Positions 16,039-18,372 of a DNA stretch of 18,372 bases are shown here, piece by piece (position 1 is the first letter of the stretch; each line of letters opens with the position of its first letter). Source of the DNA: Polyangiaceae bacterium (lineage in GTDB: Bacteria > Myxococcota_A > Polyangia > Polyangiales > Polyangiaceae); NCBI GenBank assembly GCA_044225865.1, contig JBGAID010000021.1:104280-122651 (forward strand). The letters are read 5' to 3'. Below the pieces are notes generated by a model. It saw nothing but the letters and a program-made list of their open reading frames with translations, did not search any database and had not been told where the DNA came from. The translations under genes and the position numbers were made by a program.

Positions 16039-17775
16039 GAGCTCGATGAAGAGGTCCATGGGCCACCGCTTGCCCTTCGGCCCGCCGGGATCCTGGTGCG
16101 ACGGCAGCCGCTTCGGGTCCGAGGGGTAGAATCTGGACGTCGTCAGGTTGCGCTTGAACGCAAGGAGGCTCGCGTCGGTGACGACCGAATGGAGGGTGAT
16201 GCCCGGAGGCTCGCGCTCGAGCAGCTCCTCGGCGTCCAAGATGGGCGTCAAGGGTATCGACCATCGACGGCACAAGCGGCCCACGAATGGAGCGGCGCGC
16301 TCGAGGACGGGCCGGCCCTCCTTCTCCCAATTCGTCGGCGGGGCGACCTTCTCGCCCGCTTTGTTGAGCTTTGGTCCACCCCTGCCGACGAGCTCGAGCT
16401 GGATCCCAAGGGCATTGGCGCCTGGCGCCGCCCACGCCACCGACGGCTCCTCGACGCATTGAACGATCTGGTCCGGTCCGATGACGTAGTGGGACGAGCT
16501 CTGGCCCTTTTGCGTCTTCGTTTGGTTGGCGAAGAATGTCGCGACCCTTCTCGCCATTCCGGGCACGATGTCGTTCTCGGTGCTGTGGAGGATGGCCCAC
16601 GAGACCGCCTTCCGCGAAGCCTTCGTGAAGTTCGTCGCGGGGATCCAAAGGTCTACCCCCGCCTCGAGGGGCGGGGCTGCCTCGTCTGGGTCGGGCGCCG
16701 AGGCGCGGCCGATCTCCCGCTGCTGCTCGGTGACGGCCCCCGTGGGCGGAAACCCATGGGACTCTTGCCACGCCCTCGTGGCGGCCTCTGTCTTGGGACC
16801 GAACGTGCCCGCCGCGTCCGGCGCGATTCCGATGATGCGCTGCCACTCCTTGACGTCTTCGCCGACGTGACCTCGCCGGAGAACGACGACCTCGCCGCGC
16901 GCGCGGGGCCCGACCGCGCTGACGACCGCTCGGTGATTCGGCGGCGGCACGGCAGGCATCCGCGCCCCGGGCAGGACGCCCTCGTGCGAGAGGTGCTGCG
17001 CGAGCGCGGGGTCGCGGAGCACCGCATCGATGGTGGAGGCCTGGCCGCTCACCCGGCAGGCCGCGCGCACCAGCCTTGCTTTCTGCGAGTAGTCCTCGTG
17101 GTCATGGTCGTGAGCCATCTTGAACGGCTGCACGACCCAGAGCTCGCCGTCGCTCGCGAAGGTGACGGCCTTGAAATTCGCCGGATCGCCAACACGGGTG
17201 TAGCGCCGCAAGGCGCTCAGCGTCGGGACGTGCCATCCATAGTTCGTCGCCGCCTTCGGCCGCTGGAAGATGCCCCTGCTGATCGCCCAATCCTTCCCGG
17301 CGCCAGCGACCAGCCCTTGGCGCCCAGCGACGGCCTGCTCGACGGCGTTGTGATGGGCGAGGTACGCGGCCGGTGACCTGTCGTCGACCCGCTGGGGCCT
17401 CGGCGCGAGGCGCACCTCTGCGTGCCGCCAGATGAGGTCACAGATCTTCCCCGTCGGGAGGACACAGTCGAGCAGATCGGCAATCTGCTGCTGGACCCAC
17501 GCGGAGACGGGGATCCGCACGCTGTCGCTCTCGTCTCCGACGCGCAGCGCATCGGCGCTCACCTCGATCTCGACCGGCCCCGACTGCAATGTCACCCAAT
17601 CGACCCTCGCATGTCCGTCGCGCACGGCGTCGAGCACGGCCTCGATCCGAGCCGCCCCCGGCGCTCGCGGAAGCGAGAGCAACCATTCGGATCCCTTCAC
17701 CGCCCACCTCCCCCGATCGACAGAGACCGCGCTGAACGATGCGCTCGCGGCCCCTACCCACGCGCTCGATACCAA
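16018..17775 (-). CDS. Multidomain peptidoglycan hydrolase, 585 aa: unknown ~285-aa N-terminal domain + PG_binding_1 + N-acetylmuramoyl-L-alanine amidase (amidase_2/PGRP-type).
   Basis: PG_binding_1: 'VVVLRRGHVGEDVKEWQRIIGIAPDAAGTFGPKTEAATRAWQESHGFPPTGAVTEQ'. Amidase_2: 'AILHSTEND...SSHYVIGPDQIVQCVEEPSVAWAAPGANALGIQLELVG...GITLHS'. The start is uncertain. The ORF track uses TTG at 17773-17775, the frame closes at a stop at 17794-17796, and there is no in-frame ATG for ~220 codons. Confidence 0.8.
   Translation of the reverse strand: MVSSAWVGAASASFSAVSVDRGRWAVKGSEWLLSLPRAPGAARIEAVLDAVRDGHARVDWVTLQSGPVEIEVSADALRVGDESDSVRIPVSAWVQQQIADLLDCVLPTGKICDLIWRHAEVRLAPRPQRVDDRSPAAYLAHHNAVEQAVAGRQGLVAGAGKDWAISRGIFQRPKAATNYGWHVPTLSALRRYTRVGDPANFKAVTFASDGELWVVQPFKMAHDHDHEDYSQKARLVRAACRVSGQASTIDAVLRDPALAQHLSHEGVLPGARMPAVPPPNHRAVVSAVGPRARGEVVVLRRGHVGEDVKEWQRIIGIAPDAAGTFGPKTEAATRAWQESHGFPPTGAVTEQQREIGRASAPDPDEAAPPLEAGVDLWIPATNFTKASRKAVSWAILHSTENDIVPGMARRVATFFANQTKTQKGQSSSHYVIGPDQIVQCVEEPSVAWAAPGANALGIQLELVGRGGPKLNKAGEKVAPPTNWEKEGRPVLERAAPFVGRLCRRWSIPLTPILDAEELLEREPPGITLHSVVTDASLLAFKRNLTTSRFYPSDPKRLPSHQDPGGPKGKRWPMDLFIELASAAPD
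16156..16623 (-). other. Amidase_2 (MurNAc-L-Ala amidase) catalytic domain (aa ~385-540).
   Basis: A Zn-ligand His in 'ILHSTE', the 'HYVIG.DQIVQ.V....AW' core and the 'LGIQLELVG' motif are present. Confidence 0.7.
16726..16890 (-). other. PG_binding_1 domain (aa ~296-350).
   Basis: Matches the Lx2Gx2GxxVxxLQxxL...DGxFGxxTxxAVxxFQ consensus. Confidence 0.7.
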
Positions 17776-18372
17776 CGAAAACCAGGAGACCCGTCAACAG
17801 AAAACCTCTCGTTGCCTCGGCGCAGGCGACGCCGCGACCTCTCCTCCGACCGGCTCGAACGATCGCGCCGCTCAGCCTCGGATGTCGCTCCCCGCAATGA
17901 GCGACGCGACGGAGCAGCCGACCATGCCCCTTCGCGAACCCGAATGCTGCTCAGACATGTCCCGCCAATCACGAGCCATGGACAGACCAGTAGTACTGCT
18001 GGCCGGAAGTCCGCTTCCGGATCCGGCAGTACCCAGGAACACAGAAGTCCACGGCCAGACTTCGCGCTTCGTGCCTGGAGCTGCTCCGCCCTTCACTTGC
18101 CGCGCCGTGCGCGGGGCGGAGCAGATCCAGGCACGAACTTCGGGCCGGCAGTAGTGGTCAGTCACGCTCATTGGCTCGGGCGGGTCGGGGTCCGGTGCCA
18201 AGAGGCGAAGGACCGCCGTCCCCGGCGGGCGGGCCCTAACAGGCATCTTACGGGGGTGGCGTTGTTGGCCCAACCGCTCCCTTATGACGCGCGTCGACGA
18301 ACGCCTCGCTGCTTGCCTGGCTTCGACGACGCGCGCCTCCGCGCCCTCTCGTGGGTCGAGGTGGCTCCCATC
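17776..18372. promoter_or_regulatory. ~600-bp apparently non-coding, lower-GC (~60-64%) region upstream of the minus-strand hydrolase gene. It is a likely divergent promoter/regulatory region; a possible + strand gene start lies at 18284 (ATGACGCGCGTC...).
   Basis: There is no ORF with a plausible translation. GC drops relative to flanking coding DNA, and the region carries several inverted and direct repeats (see findings). Confidence 0.4.
18003..18020. other. Perfect 7-bp-stem hairpin ccggaag-tccg-cttccgg.
   Basis: The inverted repeat is seen directly. It is flanked by the repeated word ccggcagta (18023-18031 and 18145-18153). Confidence 0.5.

Noticed and set aside
17704-17775. N-terminus of the hydrolase as a signal peptide (MVSSAWVGAASASFSAVSV).
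   Set aside because: There is no positively charged n-region and no clear cleavage motif. The true start codon is itself uncertain (TTG/GTG candidates), so export status is left open.
17432-18273. ORFs 17432-18154(+) and 17872-18273(-) in the terminal region.
   Set aside because: Their translations are low-complexity or Pro/Arg-rich with no domain-like motifs, and the local GC drop argues for non-coding DNA.
18284-18372. Possible + strand gene start 'MTRVDERLAACLAS...' with a lipobox-like LAAC.
   Set aside because: Only 29 codons are visible before the window ends. There is no hydrophobic h-region before the Cys, so it is not a credible lipoprotein signal. Coding status cannot be judged.
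1-18372. Search for CRISPR arrays, tRNA/rRNA, IS/transposase or integrase signatures, and sigma-54 (GG-N10-GC) promoters.
   Set aside because: No direct-repeat/spacer periodicity, no tRNA cloverleaf-like conserved ends, no DDE/tyrosine-recombinase motifs in any frame, and no convincing -24/-12 element in the few short intergenic gaps.

Overview
This ~18.4 kb, very GC-rich (~68-70%) bacterial window is almost entirely coding. Its codon bias is compatible with a Myxococcota- or Actinobacteria-like genome, but the taxon cannot be determined from the sequence. It looks like the distal (late) half of an extracellular contractile injection system (eCIS, Afp/PVC-like phage-tail-derived) locus. Six + strand genes are tightly packed and translationally coupled. 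In order they are: a giant baseplate J (gp6/Afp11-like) protein (5' end outside the window); a tail-fibre-like protein with an internal tandem module; a 1319-aa Afp12-like large baseplate protein; a 555-aa candidate tape-measure / length-determinator protein; an Afp15-type AAA+ ATPase; and a 1105-aa DUF4157-marked candidate effector. The candidate effector has an HExxH zincin motif, a Cys-rich leader, an HNH-like ββα-Me motif and a long β/Gly-rich cargo of unknown function. A convergent minus-strand gene encodes a peptidoglycan hydrolase (novel N-terminal domain + PG_binding_1 + amidase_2). It abuts the effector gene across a 16-bp gap. The last ~600 bp is a lower-GC, apparently non-coding region with several inverted repeats, likely regulatory. 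No rRNA, tRNA, CRISPR or transposase genes were found. The many long antisense ORFs are GC-bias artefacts.
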